Notes: generated from the sequence alone by a model not told the origin. Counted from the first letter of the stretch, positions 18,377-32,619 are shown. The stretch is 64,000 bases of DNA from Dehalococcoidia bacterium (GCA_965219845.1 CBDCOP010000006.1:294670-358669), one strand, 5' to 3'. Made by a program: numbers and translations.

Positions 18377-18380
<4 letters not shown>
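18177..18380 (-). pseudogene. C-terminal fragment of an IS481-type integrase/transposase
   Basis: ORF 18177..18380(-) reads ...AEWAYQRPYYSNRKRLDTLPGFLAYYNHRRPHGGIGGATPASRL, the conserved C-terminus only. No N-terminal part is present. Confidence 0.7.
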
Positions 18381-21730
<3,350 letters not shown>

Positions 21731-21740
<10 letters not shown>

Positions 21741-24597
21741 CGCTTGCCCCGGCTGAACTCGTTAACCCGGCAGACGTGTTTGAACGCGCAGTAGGAGGGA
21801 CACGGACTTACCTGCGGGTTGACTCGGAAGTCGCCAGATGTGACGGCGTCGCGCATGTCCTTGGAAATCTCGACGACGTCCTCCAATGCCTTCTCGCCAT
21901 CGCTCTCGGAGGAGTCGATCTCCCACCGGCGGTGGTTGGGGTTAAGCCAGGCGTAGCGGGCGATGACCCGCCCTGCGCCAGCCCTCTCACGTGCCAGGTG
22001 GGCGTAGAGCTGGAGTTGAACACGGCGGCCGTCCACCACCTGGGCCCTGGGTATCTCGCGCCCCGACTTGTAGTCGACGATCACGACGAGATCGTCGCCC
22101 TCATCGAGCCGGTCGAGCTTGGCGTATACGCGGAGGGGCGGGTCGAGGGGGAGGGCGGTCTTGATCTCCTCCTCAGCGCCGATGATACGGGCGACGCCGG
22201 AGTGTTCGCCGGCTTCGGCCTCTCTCTCAAGGAGGATCTCCATCTCCTGAAAGGCGGTCTGGGCTTCGAGTCGCCAGAGGGCGGCACGGCCGAAGCCATA
22301 CGTCCGCGGCGCCGCGTCCCAGATGCCGGGGCCGTTGGCCATGAGCCGGGCGGTTGCCTCGTCCAGCGTGTCCGACCTCAGGGGTAGGCCGCGCTCGATC
22401 AAGGGCTTCAGGGCGTCCTGCAAGATATCGTGGATGACAGTCCCGCGCGTGCCGGCGTCGGCGGCGTCCATCTCCTGGTCCAACTCCCTTAGGCGCAGGG
22501 CGTACTGGCTGAAGAACTGGAACGAGCATGTTCGGTAGGACTCGAGCCGCGAGGCGCTCCAAACGGCATCACTGTTCGTGAGCAGGGGTACGAGGCCTGG
22601 GTCTAGGCGGCCCTCGTACACCCCGGCGTTGCCCCACGAACGGCGGCGTTGCTCGTTGACCGCCGCCGACCGGATGACCGGCCACACCACAGACCCCGGG
22701 GGCCGACGCCGTTCGTGGGCAGACCACCGCTGGGTGCAGGCGATGGCGAGCTCGCGGAGGGAGGCGGCGCGCTCGGGGGCCGTCGTACGCAGTTCGTCAT
22801 ACGGCTGCGCCTCCTGATCGGAAGTCAACAAATCGAAGTAGTACGAGGGGGCGGCAGGTCATCCCCGATCGTCGAGGCGGGTCTTCCACAGGGCGAGGCC
22901 CGCCGCGTTCAACGCCTCCCGGGCGTCATCGTCGAGCAGGTCGGTCCCGGTGCGTTGCGCAGGGAACTCCCCTTCGATGAGACCACCGAAGGCGACGAAC
23001 TCGAAACGCAGGCCGTGGACGGTGTGCATCGGCGCGAGCAGTACGCCCCCGGCTTCCCGCAGGAGCACCGCGGGCGCGTCAATCTCACGTTTGAGGTGGG
23101 CCACGAACGCTCCGAATGGTCCCAGTCCCTTACCAAGCGTCTCCTGCGCGGCAGGATACCCCGGAGGTAGCCTCGGAGAGCGTCGATCTCCACGTCCACG
23201 CCGGGAAGCTCCCGGGAGGACAGGGGAACGAGGCCATTCGCACCGAACAGCGGATCGTCGAGGCGCCGCGCATAGTCGGCGGAGAGGGACGGCGGCGGCT
23301 CGAGCAGCGCGCGCAGCTCCTCAATGGCATTGGCCATGCCGTCGGCGGTCCGGCGCAGCATCCCGCGGGCTGGGTCAGGCGTCTGGTCCGCATCGGCCTC
23401 CGTTCGCAGCGCGGCCAGGATGTCCTGCAGCTTGTCGTGCCCCGCCCAGAAGTTGTTGTCCCGCCCCTTCCGCATAAACCTCGCCACGTCATTGGGGGAG
23501 AGATCCCATCGCTGAAAGGTCGATGAAACCGCTCGAAAGCGCAGCGGCCAGATCGCGCAGACGCCAGCCGTCCTGGGCAAGGCGCAGTAGGCGGCGGAGC
23601 CAGACGCCAAGAGGGCGGGCGCTGAGACGTTCCCCGGCGGCGGGATCGAGCGGCAGGTCATACTCAGCGAATACCTGCCGAGCGAGGCTGAGATAGGGCA
23701 ACGCCTGCCTGAATGCGACCGCACAGTCGGACGGGCGGAGCGCGGGGTTGTCGGTGAGACGCTGCTTGATCTGCCGGGCGATGGCGCGCAACTGGCCTTC
23801 ACGGTCTGGGGCGGCGTCAGCGGTCACCGTCAGGGGATGAGCCGGCGTGCTGTCCTGTAGCTCTAGGACAGTGGCGGTGAGAAAGCGTTTGAAGAGCCGT
23901 TCGTAGTCGTGCTGGGACCGCGCTCCAGCGTTTGGGTCGATGGCGACGACAACCTCCGCCCGCTCGGCTAGCGCTTCTAGGAGCACGCCCTCCGTCCCCC
24001 TGAAGAGATGGAAGCCGTCGACCACCACCAAGCCGGGCATAGGGGCACCAGCTCTGACGGCGTCGGTTCCCGCGATGGCGGCCTGCGCGGGGTGCAGCCA
24101 GCGGCGTTGTTCGAGCTCGGAGGAGTACGCGGTGAAGATGGCGCTCAGAGCAGTAATGCGGGCGACACCCGCCCTGTCGGCGGCTTTACTTAACACCTGT
24201 GGGTGTATTCCCTCCGCAAGCAGGTTGCCGACGGCGGCACTCAGGAGGTCGCCGATCCCCTCGGTTTCCGCGATAGGTTTGAAGTAGGCGCCGGGGCCGT
24301 ATTGAACTTCGCGTCGAATCGTTCGCGCAAGGAGTTCCTCGGCGAGAATGTAGGACGGCGCCTTCGCAGCGGGAGCCAGCCCCCAGCTGGAGTGAGCAAT
24401 CGTCTCCACGCGGAGTCGCAGAGCCACTCCGCATCGACTGATGAGGCGGCGGCGGAACTGGTCGCGTGACGCAGGGTCGGTACGAGCACCACCGTCTCGG
24501 AGAACGGGTCGCCCTCGTATCGGGCGGCCAGCCTTGAGACAACCTCCCCGGTCTTTCCACTGCCCGGGCCACCGATGATGAACGTTACGCTGGACAT
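21731..24597 (-). pseudogene. addB: AddB-type helicase-nuclease subunit, three frameshifts plus an in-frame TGA
   Basis: Starts MSSVTFIIGGPGSGKT (ORF 24241..24597). It continues in the frames of ORFs 23489..24649, 22909..23802 and 22859..23104, with an in-frame TGA at 22859..22861. ORF 21731..22831 then carries the nuclease/Fe-S Cys pattern (YRTCSFQFF, VDYKSG, CPSYCAFKHVC). Confidence 0.75.
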
Positions 24598-24699
24598 GAT
24601 CCTGCCTAATCCAGAGGAGTGAGCGGCTCCACCGGCGGCGGCCCATCATTCCGATAGGTCATCCGACTGTTCAGGCACCGTCACTTCATGTGCGGCTGC

Positions 24700-25010
24700 G
24701 ATGCCCGAGAGGCGGAGGCCAAGCCGATTACCACGACCTTGATCATACCCTGCCACGGTGTTCGCCAGCGCGTCGTAGCCGCGCTGCCGCACCCATTTCA
24801 TGACCAACCTGCTGTGCAAGGTCCCGCGCCGCGTTCCACCAAGGAGCAGGTCTGGTCCAACAACCCGCAGGAGCGGCTCAACAAGGAGTTCAGACGGCGC
24901 GCCGACATGGTGGACATCTTCCCAACCGCGCATCGATCCGGCGCCTCAGCGGCGCAGTCCTGGCCGAGCAGCATGATGAGTGGCAGGCCGTGAGGCGCAG
25001 TCCGATGCGC
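24700..25010 (+). mobile_element. Remnant of an IS256-family (mutator-type) transposase gene
   Basis: Out-of-frame pieces RCRTHFMTNLLCKVPRR, NPQERLNKEFRRRADMVDIFP and NRASIRRLSGAVLAEQHDEWQ (my translations) match conserved IS256 C-terminal motifs. There is an internal deletion and frameshifts. Confidence 0.6.
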
Positions 25011-28000
25011 TACGGGTCTGGTTCGAAGATGAGCTCTGGAACCACCACTTCCCAGCCATCGCAGCGGAGGCCATCCCGGTACTCTGGCTCCGAACGCTCT
25101 CTGTCCCAAGTAGCGATAGCGAAGACTGTGGCGGCTAGCAATGCATGTTCTGCGGAGGCTCGAACCCACCCGCAAGCAGCCCCACGACAACCCCTTCCTG
25201 GTCGAGGAGTTGCCAGCGTCCGACTCCACGCTGACTCGCAATGAGTCCCCCTGCAACAGCGCAGCGATGGCATGGTGCACGGCGTGTTCAGGACTCCGGT
25301 ATCCCGCGAAGCTCAGGAAGACATCGCGCAGGCCGAGCCGCCGATAGCGCCTGGCCAGCTCCGGCGCTGGCGACGGCATGTCCACGGGTGACCGGCGGCG
25401 CAATACGGAGGGCCTCTCCGTCAGATCACCCAGGGTGGGGTGTGGGCCGGAGAGAGTGGCCAAGGTGAGCGTCTGCCGGGCCCTTGTCATGGCAACGTAG
25501 TAGAGTCGCCGCGGCGCGTCCGTGTCTTCGCCCTGACCAACACGGTCCCAGCCACCGTCCAGCACCACGACATGGTCGAACTCCAAACCCTTGGCACGAT
25601 GGGCGGTGCGCAACAGAAGTCCGCTCTGGCGGCGGCGCGCTTCCCTGCCCCATTCGGCCAGCCATTCGACGAAATGGTCTACCGGCACTTCCGAGCCGCC
25701 CGTCTCTATCGCGTAGTCCGACACGGCTTCTTGCAGGAATGCGGTCCAAGGCCCTTGGGGCTGACGGGCCACCCAACTGTTCAGGTCTACGCCCTTCACC
25801 AAGCGCGAGCCCCGCCCTCATAGCCAGTGGACGAAGGGCCGGGTCTCGCGAAGATGCCAGAACCCCGAGAAGTCCTCATTCGCCATCTGCACGGGGATCC
25901 CCTCGGCCTCGCACAGAGAGCGCACCGGGTCCAGGAACCTCCACTCCCGCGCAACGACGGCGCAGGCAGACCAGTTCCAGTCCTGACCGAGACTGGACAG
26001 CCGCTTCAATTCGACGACGGCCGTCTGGGCTTGAGTGATAGCCGAGTCACCCGCTGGCAGCAACTGAACTCGACCGCGGGCTACCGGGTCCAGTCCCACC
26101 CACGCACCACCGGGCGGTTCGTTCACGCGATTTCGGTCGACGCCGATGGGATGTCCGGCCTTCATCCGTTTTCGTGCGGGCTCGATCACAGCATTCGCCG
26201 TGGCAACGACGTGTCCGCTGGAGCGGTAATTGTCTGTCAGGAAGACGGGCTTGGCCCCGTAGTCCTCCTCGAAGCGGTAGATGAATTCCGAGGAGGCGCC
26301 ATCGAAGGCATAGATGTTCTGATCGTCGTCGCCTACTGCGAAGAGGCTCAGCTTGTCGTCCCCATCAGGCAGAGTCCTCCCTGCGAGGGCGGAGATGAGT
26401 TCGTATCGTGCCGGGTTGATGTCCTGGTATTCGTCCACCAGTATCCAGCGGAAGCCGGCCAGCAGCCGCTCCCTGCTCTCATCGGCCTCGTCGGGGGGCA
26501 ATCCCTCGCCCTGCAACAGGGCAACGGCCTGCCGTAGCACGTCGTCAAAGTCGCCATCGCGCAGGCGGTTCGCACGGCCAGCGAAACTCGCTCCGACCAG
26601 CCGCATCGCGAGCGCGTGACAGGTGAGCACCATCACGCCACGGGCGTCGTCCCCGATGAGGTCGGCGAGGCGGCGTCGTATCTCGACAGCGGCATGCCGG
26701 TTGAAAGCCAGCGTCAGGATGCCGCGGGGATTCTCCCGCTTCATGCGTATCAGGTATGCGATGCGGTGCACCAACACCCGCGGTCTTGCCGGAGTCGGGT
26801 TCGGCAAGCACCAGCACGGTCGTCTGTAACGATCCTGCGCTGGACCGGATTCCTGAGACTCTCAACGATGGTTCTCCACGATTCCAGCGTGGTCTGCAGC
26901 AGAGTCTCCCTGCCCCGATCCGGCAACCAGCGCTGCAGGAAGTCCTTCTTGGGGAGGCTGAAATAGTCCATGGCCAGGCGCAGGGCATCAGCCATGGGCC
27001 CAAGGCCCTGCTGCGCGAACTCCGCCATCACGTGGATCTGCAGCACCTGTTCGTCGTAGTGGAAAAAGAGGTGCGAAGTCGCCCTGAGCGAAGCGCCGTC
27101 TTTCCTGTCCGAGGCGGATCATCATGGCCGAACGGAACACCGCGAGGCCCTTGTGCAGCCGGATGACCTCCTGCTCGTGCAGCCACATCAGTGCGCGGCC
27201 CATCAACTTCACAGGATCCCTGACCTCGCTCTTCAGCACCAGGTCGGAGTTGATCGCCGCCAACAGCTTGCCCTGGGTCGTCGCAGCCTGCAGGTCCTTG
27301 CCCTGGCTCCCACGCGGGAGGCAGGCGAGCAGGTGGCCCAGCAAGCGCCTGGCCGCTGCGCGCCTCAGTTCGGCTGTTTTCTCCAGGGCTGTCCACCCGC
27401 GTTGCAACGTTACCTGTACGGTCTCCGTGCCGTGTCGCCGCAGGCCGAGGCTTCCCCTGCCCCCCTCCTCGCCCTGCCCATCGGCAGTGATGCTTCGGAC
27501 GATTTGCCACAGGTGCTCCGGCAGGGCGTAGGAATGGCCGTCGTCCCTGAGCCGTTGGTTGACCAGACGGAGATGCAGCGGCCAGGTTTCGCCTACGTCC
27601 ACGTCCGGTGCCGTTTCGCGCAGCAGGCCGATCAGAGCATGCTCCAGGGCCTCCGCCTGCTCGAAGCGCCTCCGCGATGAATCCTCCACCCCGGCATGGA
27701 CGAAGGCAGTCAACACAGTGTCGTTACTGGCGATGCCCAACGCTTCGAGGTCATGGAGCGCCCCCGCACCTCCTCCGGGGTCAGGCGTGCCGTATTCATC
27801 AATTCGTCAGTCGAGATGCCCTCGTCGGCGTCGGCTTCTATCAGCTTCCCGACTATCGCCAGTAGTTGGCGGCGGCGGTCATCTGTGACACGAGCTTGCA
27901 CGAGCTTGGCGCGGGCCTCATCCAACGTCGCCACCCGCATGGAGGAGGGGAACACCTGGACGAGGTTCTCCTCCCTGCTCAGCAACACCGCATCCTCCAG

Positions 28001-28400
28001 CCATGCAACGGCGGTCCGAACGCGCGTGTCGTCGGTCGCGGAGTCCCGTTCGAATGCGCGCTCTTCGTCCTCGCGGAGGATCTCCCCTGGGGTCGCTATG
28101 ACCTCGCCGTCCAGGCGCTTCTTCCGATCCAGGTTCCAGAGCGCCTTAAGACTCTGCGGAAGGCGTTGGACGACTACCGCGCCAGGGAGTCGGCGCAGGC
28201 GGAGAAGCCGGTGCTGGGCAAGCACATCGTCGAGTGGGCGCGCCGGGCTGGCGACAGGCTGGACGACCTGTCGGACAAGGGGTGAAGGGAGGTGCTGCGC
28301 CTCCTCTTGGATGGGGCGACCATCGACAGGGACAACAAGGTCAACCTGACGCTGGCCATCCCGATTGAGGATGTTGTGTCGATTGTAGGACTGGAGCCGT
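25010..28400 (-). pseudogene. Large RecQ-remnant/UvrD-type helicase, N-terminally truncated, with about five frameshifts and one in-frame TGA
   Basis: UvrD motifs are spread over several frames: LAEPDSGKT, RVLVHRIAYLI, WILVDEYQDIN, DDDQNIYAF, TDNYRSS, TAHRAKGLEFDHVVV, YYVAMTRA. In-frame TGA at 25818..25820. Frame switches near 27763 (C5 run), 27062 (A5 run), 26818, 26785 and ~25170. The C-terminus WEVVVPELIFEPDP ends at 25010. Confidence 0.7.
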
Positions 28401-28413
28401 CTTTCCCGCCCAC

Positions 28414-28716
28414 ATGAAGGCTCTCGCCGGACCCCGCCCCAACGACGGCGCGAAGGTGCGCGCTGCACAAGCCTTCCTCACGCGCGCTCTTGCTGACGGT
28501 CCACGGCCCGCTGGCAACGTCGAGCGAGAGGCTGCGCTCATCGGCCTCTCGAAGAGCGCCCTTCACCGCGCCCGCTCCGTCTGCGGCGTGCGCTCAACCC
28601 GTGTCAGCACGCCCGGAGTCCCCAGCGGTCCGGGTGCGTGGTACTGGTCGCTGCACCACGCCCCGGTGCAACGGAATGAAACACCCGCCGCCCTGCCTGA
28701 AGTTGTGAACAGGTGA
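28414..28716 (+). CDS. Small HTH-like protein, probably a remnant of a mobile-element primase/RepA-type protein
   Basis: 100-aa ORF. The pattern AQAFLTRALADGPRPAGNVEREAALIGLSKSALHRARSVCGV...AWYWSL resembles C-terminal DNA-binding domains of integrative-element replication proteins (from memory). Confidence 0.35.
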   Translation: MKALAGPRPNDGAKVRAAQAFLTRALADGPRPAGNVEREAALIGLSKSALHRARSVCGVRSTRVSTPGVPSGPGAWYWSLHHAPVQRNETPAALPEVVNR

Positions 28717-29177
28717 AATCTTGTTGCCTTGTTCCCAGGAAGCAGGCCGTGGCTTCGAAAACACCCCATTGCAAGGAGATCAAGAATGTCAAAAGGTATC
28801 CCGGTTCCACTCGTATCATCCGGAACAAGAAACTCATCGAAACGCACCGTTGAGTTCCTTGTTCACGAGTGTCCCTCGGCCTCTCCCGAAGACTCCGAAC
28901 GCGGCATGCCGGTGCTGACCATCGAAAGGAAGCGTATGCCTGGAGGCGCCGCTCCGAGATCGCCTACTTTCACTGCTCGTGTGACCCGCCCCTCTCTTGT
29001 CTGCCTCCTTCCTGGCGTGGCTCTTCTCTCTCCTTGGAAGAGGAGCCGGATGTGAGGGTTGACGAAACGCCGCGACCCCGCAGCGCGAAGCAGCGCCGCC
29101 AGCGTCGCCGGGCCCTCGCGAGCGGCATCGCTCAACCCACTGTGGCAAAGGGCGCGGCGCAACGGTAGCATCGCGCC

Positions 29178-30485
29178 ATGGTCGAGGAGCAGCAACAAGC
29201 GCCGGACGCGGAGCGGGGGGGGCGGGGGCGCGCTGAAGCGCGTCCCGCCTCCGCGGGAACGGCGGGTCCCGGACGTCGCCGCTGGCCCCGGACATTCGAC
29301 GCGCTCGCGGTGCCCGCGTACCGCAACTACTTCGTCGCGATGGTGTTCTTCTTGGGCGCGATGCAGGCGACGATGCTGGCGCGCCCCATCCTGGCCTACG
29401 ACCTGGCCGACCGCGCCCCCATCGTGCTGGGCCTCGTCCTCGCGGCGAACAACGCTCCGTCGCTCGTGCTGTCGCCGTTCGCGGGAGCGCTTGCGGACCG
29501 GGTCTCCATGCGGAACATCCTCATCATCGCGGCGGGGCTCATGTCCGCATTCGCCGGCATCACGGCGATCGGCGTCGTGCTGGACGTGCTGGAGTGGTGG
29601 CACGTCATGGTCATCGGCGTGTTCCAGGGCTCGGTGATGGTGTTCATCACGCCGGCGCGCCGCGCAATCATCGGCGGGCTCGTGGACGAGCGGCTGCTGC
29701 TGAATGCCACGGGCCTCCACACGATGGCGCATAACGCGACCCGGACGCTGCTGCCGCTGGTGGCCGGGCTCATCTTTGCGCGGGCGGGGCCGGAGTGGGC
29801 CTACCTGCTCGTGGTGGTGCTGTACGTCCTGGCGCTGGGCCTGCTGTTCTTCACGCCCGTGCGGGGCGTGGCGGCCCCGCGGCGGCGAAACCGCAGCGGC
29901 TCGACGCTGGAGGGCTTCAGGTACGCGTGGCAGGTGCCCGAGATCCGCACGCTGCTGCTCGTGGGGTTTGTCGTCACCGTGTTCGGACAGCCGTTCCAGA
30001 ACCTGCTGCCCCTTGCCCAGGACTTTCTGCAGATAGAGGCGGACGGCGTGGGCCTGTTGTTCACGTTCTACGGGCTCGGGTCGCTGCTGGGCTCGACGAC
30101 GGCCGCGTCGCTGGGGGACTTCCAGCGGAAGGGCCTGCTGTTGGTGGGCTTCTTCATGCTGTTCGGCGCCGGCGTCGTGGCGTTCGCGGCGTCGAGCTGG
30201 TACGCGCTCTCGCTGCTGCTCATGCTGCCTGCAGGGATGGGACACTCCGGGAGGATAGTGGTGCACCTCGCCATGCTGCAGACCTACTCGGAACCGGAGA
30301 TGCGCGGGCGCGTGCAGGCTCTGAACGCGATGATGGGCGGGCTGATGCCGCTGGCCATCCTGGGCATTGCGGGGCTGGCGGACCTGTACGGGGGCCGCGT
30401 TGCGCTCGGGGCGACGGGCGGCGTCATCGTGGCCTACGGCCTGTGGGAGACGCTGTTCTCAAAGACGCTGCGCAGGCTCCGGTAG
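29178..30485 (+). CDS. MFS transporter
   Basis: 435-aa ORF. Charged N-terminal tail, then ~12 hydrophobic segments. The FRNYF-type start (YRNYFVAMVFFLG) is typical of the EntS/MFS_3 group. Confidence 0.8.
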   Translation: MVEEQQQAPDAERGGRGRAEARPASAGTAGPGRRRWPRTFDALAVPAYRNYFVAMVFFLGAMQATMLARPILAYDLADRAPIVLGLVLAANNAPSLVLSPFAGALADRVSMRNILIIAAGLMSAFAGITAIGVVLDVLEWWHVMVIGVFQGSVMVFITPARRAIIGGLVDERLLLNATGLHTMAHNATRTLLPLVAGLIFARAGPEWAYLLVVVLYVLALGLLFFTPVRGVAAPRRRNRSGSTLEGFRYAWQVPEIRTLLLVGFVVTVFGQPFQNLLPLAQDFLQIEADGVGLLFTFYGLGSLLGSTTAASLGDFQRKGLLLVGFFMLFGAGVVAFAASSWYALSLLLMLPAGMGHSGRIVVHLAMLQTYSEPEMRGRVQALNAMMGGLMPLAILGIAGLADLYGGRVALGATGGVIVAYGLWETLFSKTLRRLR

Positions 30486-30589
30486 GGGAGATGTCCTTCC
30501 GAGCGAAGCCGAGGAATCTCTCAGGGGCCTCGGACATGGCAATGCACCCCGAGAGATGCCTCGACTCCGCTGCGCTCCGCCCAGCATGA

Positions 30590-31135
30590 CATACCTCCAC
30601 CGCTGCCCCCCGACCCTCACCCCCAGCCCCTCTCCCGCTCAGCGGGTGAGGGGCGCCGTACACCCCGCACCTCCCCATCTCACAGTACCCTCACCCTAGC
30701 CCTCTCCCCTTGTAGAGACCTTTTGCATAACCCGTCCACACCGCCCCGGAGTACCCTCACCCTAGCCCTCTCCCCTTGTAGAGACCTTTGCATAACCCGT
30801 CCACACCGCCCCGGAGTACCCTCACCCTAGCCCTCTCCCCTTGTAGAGACCTTTTGCATAACCCGTCCACACCGCCCCGGAGTACCCTCACCCTAGCCCT
30901 CTCCCCTTGTAGAGACCTTTTGCATAACCCGTCCACACCGCCCCGGAGTACCCTCACCCTAGCCCTCTCCCCTTGTAGGGAGAGGGGATCAGGCCTCTCG
31001 CCACTCCTCCCAAAGCGCCCTCGCCACAGTTACGCAAAGGTCTCCTTGTAGGGAGAGGGGATAAGTCCACTCCCCCCGCCCCACGAGAGGCTCGCTGTGC
31101 CGCTCCCTGGATTCCCGCCTGCGCGGGAATGACGA
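30590..31135. repeat. REP cluster (families A, C and variants)
   Basis: Palindromes CCCCTCTCCCGCTCAGCGGGTGAGGGG, CCCTCTCCCCTTGTAGGGAGAGGGGATC (twice) and GGATTCCCGCCTGCGCGGGAATGAC fill the spacer between two convergent genes. Confidence 0.9.
30685..30992. repeat. Tandem array, 66-bp unit x ~4.6
   Basis: Unit GTACCCTCACCCTAGCCCTCTCCCCTTGTAGAGACCTTTTGCATAACCCGTCCACACCGCCCCGGA starts at 30685, 30751, 30816, 30882 and 30948 (periods 66/65/66/66). Only the last unit has the complete REP-A palindrome. Confidence 0.95.
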
Positions 31136-31149
31136 GGTTCACGTGCCGC

Positions 31150-31746
31150 CTATCCGCGCTCGCCCGAGCCTTCGCTTCCGCCGCCGTCGTGCTTACCCGA
31201 GCCTTCGTCTTCGCGGTCGCTGCCGTGCTCGCCGGAGCCTTCGTCTTCGCGATCGCTGGTGTGCTCTTCGATGCCCTGAGGACCGACCTCCGCGTGCGGG
31301 TTCCAGGTGTCGAAGGGCTGGGCCGACGCGGGGAGAGTTACGCTGATCATCTGTCCTGATGCGAGGTCAACGGGAGTGGTGGGTCCGAGTTCGATCCCGT
31401 TGGAGAGGTGGACCTCGACGCGCACGTTCGAGAGGGTGGCGTTGGTGGTGTTCTCGACTGTGCCGGTGAAGGCGTTGGCCGCAGCATCGTAGCGGAGGAT
31501 GAGACGCGCGCCTGCGCGGACCTGGTCGAAGGTCTGCTCCTTCGTAAGCAGGTTGCGGGCCTCTTCGCCGCCGCCCTCTTCGGAACCTTCCTCGCTGCCG
31601 CCCTCTGAGCCTTCGTACTCTTCGCTTTCTGCGGCTTCCGTGTGGCTTTCGGAGTTGTCAGTGGTGCAGCCTGCGATGCCGCCTCCAAGGATGCTCATCA
31701 GGGCGAGCGCCGCGGTAATCACAAGCATCATCTGTCGTTTCTTCAT
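31150..31746 (-). CDS. Acidic lipoprotein of unknown function
   Basis: In ORF 31150..31797(-); ATG at 31746 follows AGAGGAG. Signal peptide with lipobox GGIAGC, a Glu/Gly/Ser-rich linker, and a C-terminal direct repeat SDREDEGSGEHG / SDREDEGSGKHD. Confidence 0.65.
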   Translation of the reverse strand: MKKRQMMLVITAALALMSILGGGIAGCTTDNSESHTEAAESEEYEGSEGGSEEGSEEGGGEEARNLLTKEQTFDQVRAGARLILRYDAAANAFTGTVENTTNATLSNVRVEVHLSNGIELGPTTPVDLASGQMISVTLPASAQPFDTWNPHAEVGPQGIEEHTSDREDEGSGEHGSDREDEGSGKHDGGGSEGSGERG

Positions 31747-31904
31747 CAGGCTCCTCTTTGTTGGGACTGGATGGCGCGCCGGTACGCGTCGTTCCATGAA
31801 CGGCTGCGTCCAACGCGGTCAGGGGATGTCAAGGAACACTACGAAGAGACGAAGTATCTGGATCTATCGGACAGTCGGCGCGTTATGCGAATCCGGGACC
31901 CTTG

Positions 31905-32165
31905 CGCAACCCATCCACCCGCCCCCGAGTACCCTCACCCTCGCCCTCTTGTAGGGAGCTTTGCGTAACGCCATCGCATCCCCCAAACCCCGCGATTCAC
32001 CCCCATCCTAACCTTCCCCCATCGAGGGGGAAGGGATCAAATAGCCCCGCCCCGCATCCCCTCTCACGGTTATGCAAAGGTCTCCTTGTAGGGAGAGGGG
32101 ATCGAATACACCGGCTCACGCAGGGCCCTCATCCTGGCCCTCTCCCTCAGGAGAGGGAATCAAGC
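31905..32165. repeat. REP cluster (A, B, A, A' units)
   Basis: Contains an intact REP-B unit (GATTCACCCCCATCCTAACCTTCCCCCATCGAGGGGGAAGGGATCAA, 31995..32040) followed by REP-A and REP-A' (CCCTCTCCCTCAGGAGAGGGA). Confidence 0.9.
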
Positions 32166-32564
32166 CTACCGTGAGCGCGGCAGGCGCCAGGAACGGGTGA
32201 GGTTGTCCCAGCCGAGGTGTCCGTAGAATGCGTGCCCTTCCTCACTGGAGTGAAGGATGATTGTGCACTCGTCGCCGGCCTGCTCGCGGAAGCGCCGCAG
32301 CAGCTCCCGCCCGATGCCCAGGCGCTTGTAGGGCGCCGCGACGGCGAGCTCCGTCACGAGGGCGTAGACCGCGAAATCGGCGAGCCCGCGAACGATGCCA
32401 ACGAGCGCGCCGCCGTCCCGCGCCGTAACGATGACGTCGGCGTTGTTCAGCATCCGCTCGACGCGCCGGAGGTCGTCGAGCGGCCGGTTGAAGCCTCCTG
32501 CGCGGAGCAGGTCGGCCACCTCGGCTGCGCCTGGCATGTCGTCTGTTGAATAGGTGACGCTCAT
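32166..32564 (-). CDS. GNAT-family N-acetyltransferase
   Basis: ORF 32166..32798(-) is over-extended into REP DNA; ATG at 32564. GNAT motif A region ELAVAAPYKRLGIGRELLRRF. 132 aa. Confidence 0.75.
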   Translation of the reverse strand: MSVTYSTDDMPGAAEVADLLRAGGFNRPLDDLRRVERMLNNADVIVTARDGGALVGIVRGLADFAVYALVTELAVAAPYKRLGIGRELLRRFREQAGDECTIILHSSEEGHAFYGHLGWDNLTRSWRLPRSR

Positions 32565-32619
32565 GCTTTCCAACTGTCTCCTGACACCCTCACCTGCCGT
32601 GCTTCCCCACGGGGCACGA

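Noticed and set aside
22859-25820. Two in-frame TGA codons (22859..22861, 25818..25820) as evidence for TGA recoding or selenocysteine
   Set aside because: TGA clearly terminates well-supported genes in the same window (for example 36366..36368, 42510..42512, 44973..44975). Both affected genes also carry multiple frameshifts. Ordinary nonsense mutations are the simpler reading.
28863-30266. Very long antisense ORFs (28863..30266 - 467 aa, 44924..46324 - 466 aa, 52418..54052 - 544 aa, 33039..34151 - 370 aa, 52795..54006 + part of an 809-aa ORF)
   Set aside because: They are Arg/Pro/Gly/His-rich low-complexity translations lying opposite to, or out of frame with, genes that have clear family motifs. 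These are typical high-GC shadow ORFs.
30685-30992. Possible CRISPR array (regular ~66-bp periodicity)
   Set aside because: The entire 66-bp unit is repeated, so there are no unique spacers. The unit is a known REP-A derivative found singly elsewhere, and there are no cas genes.
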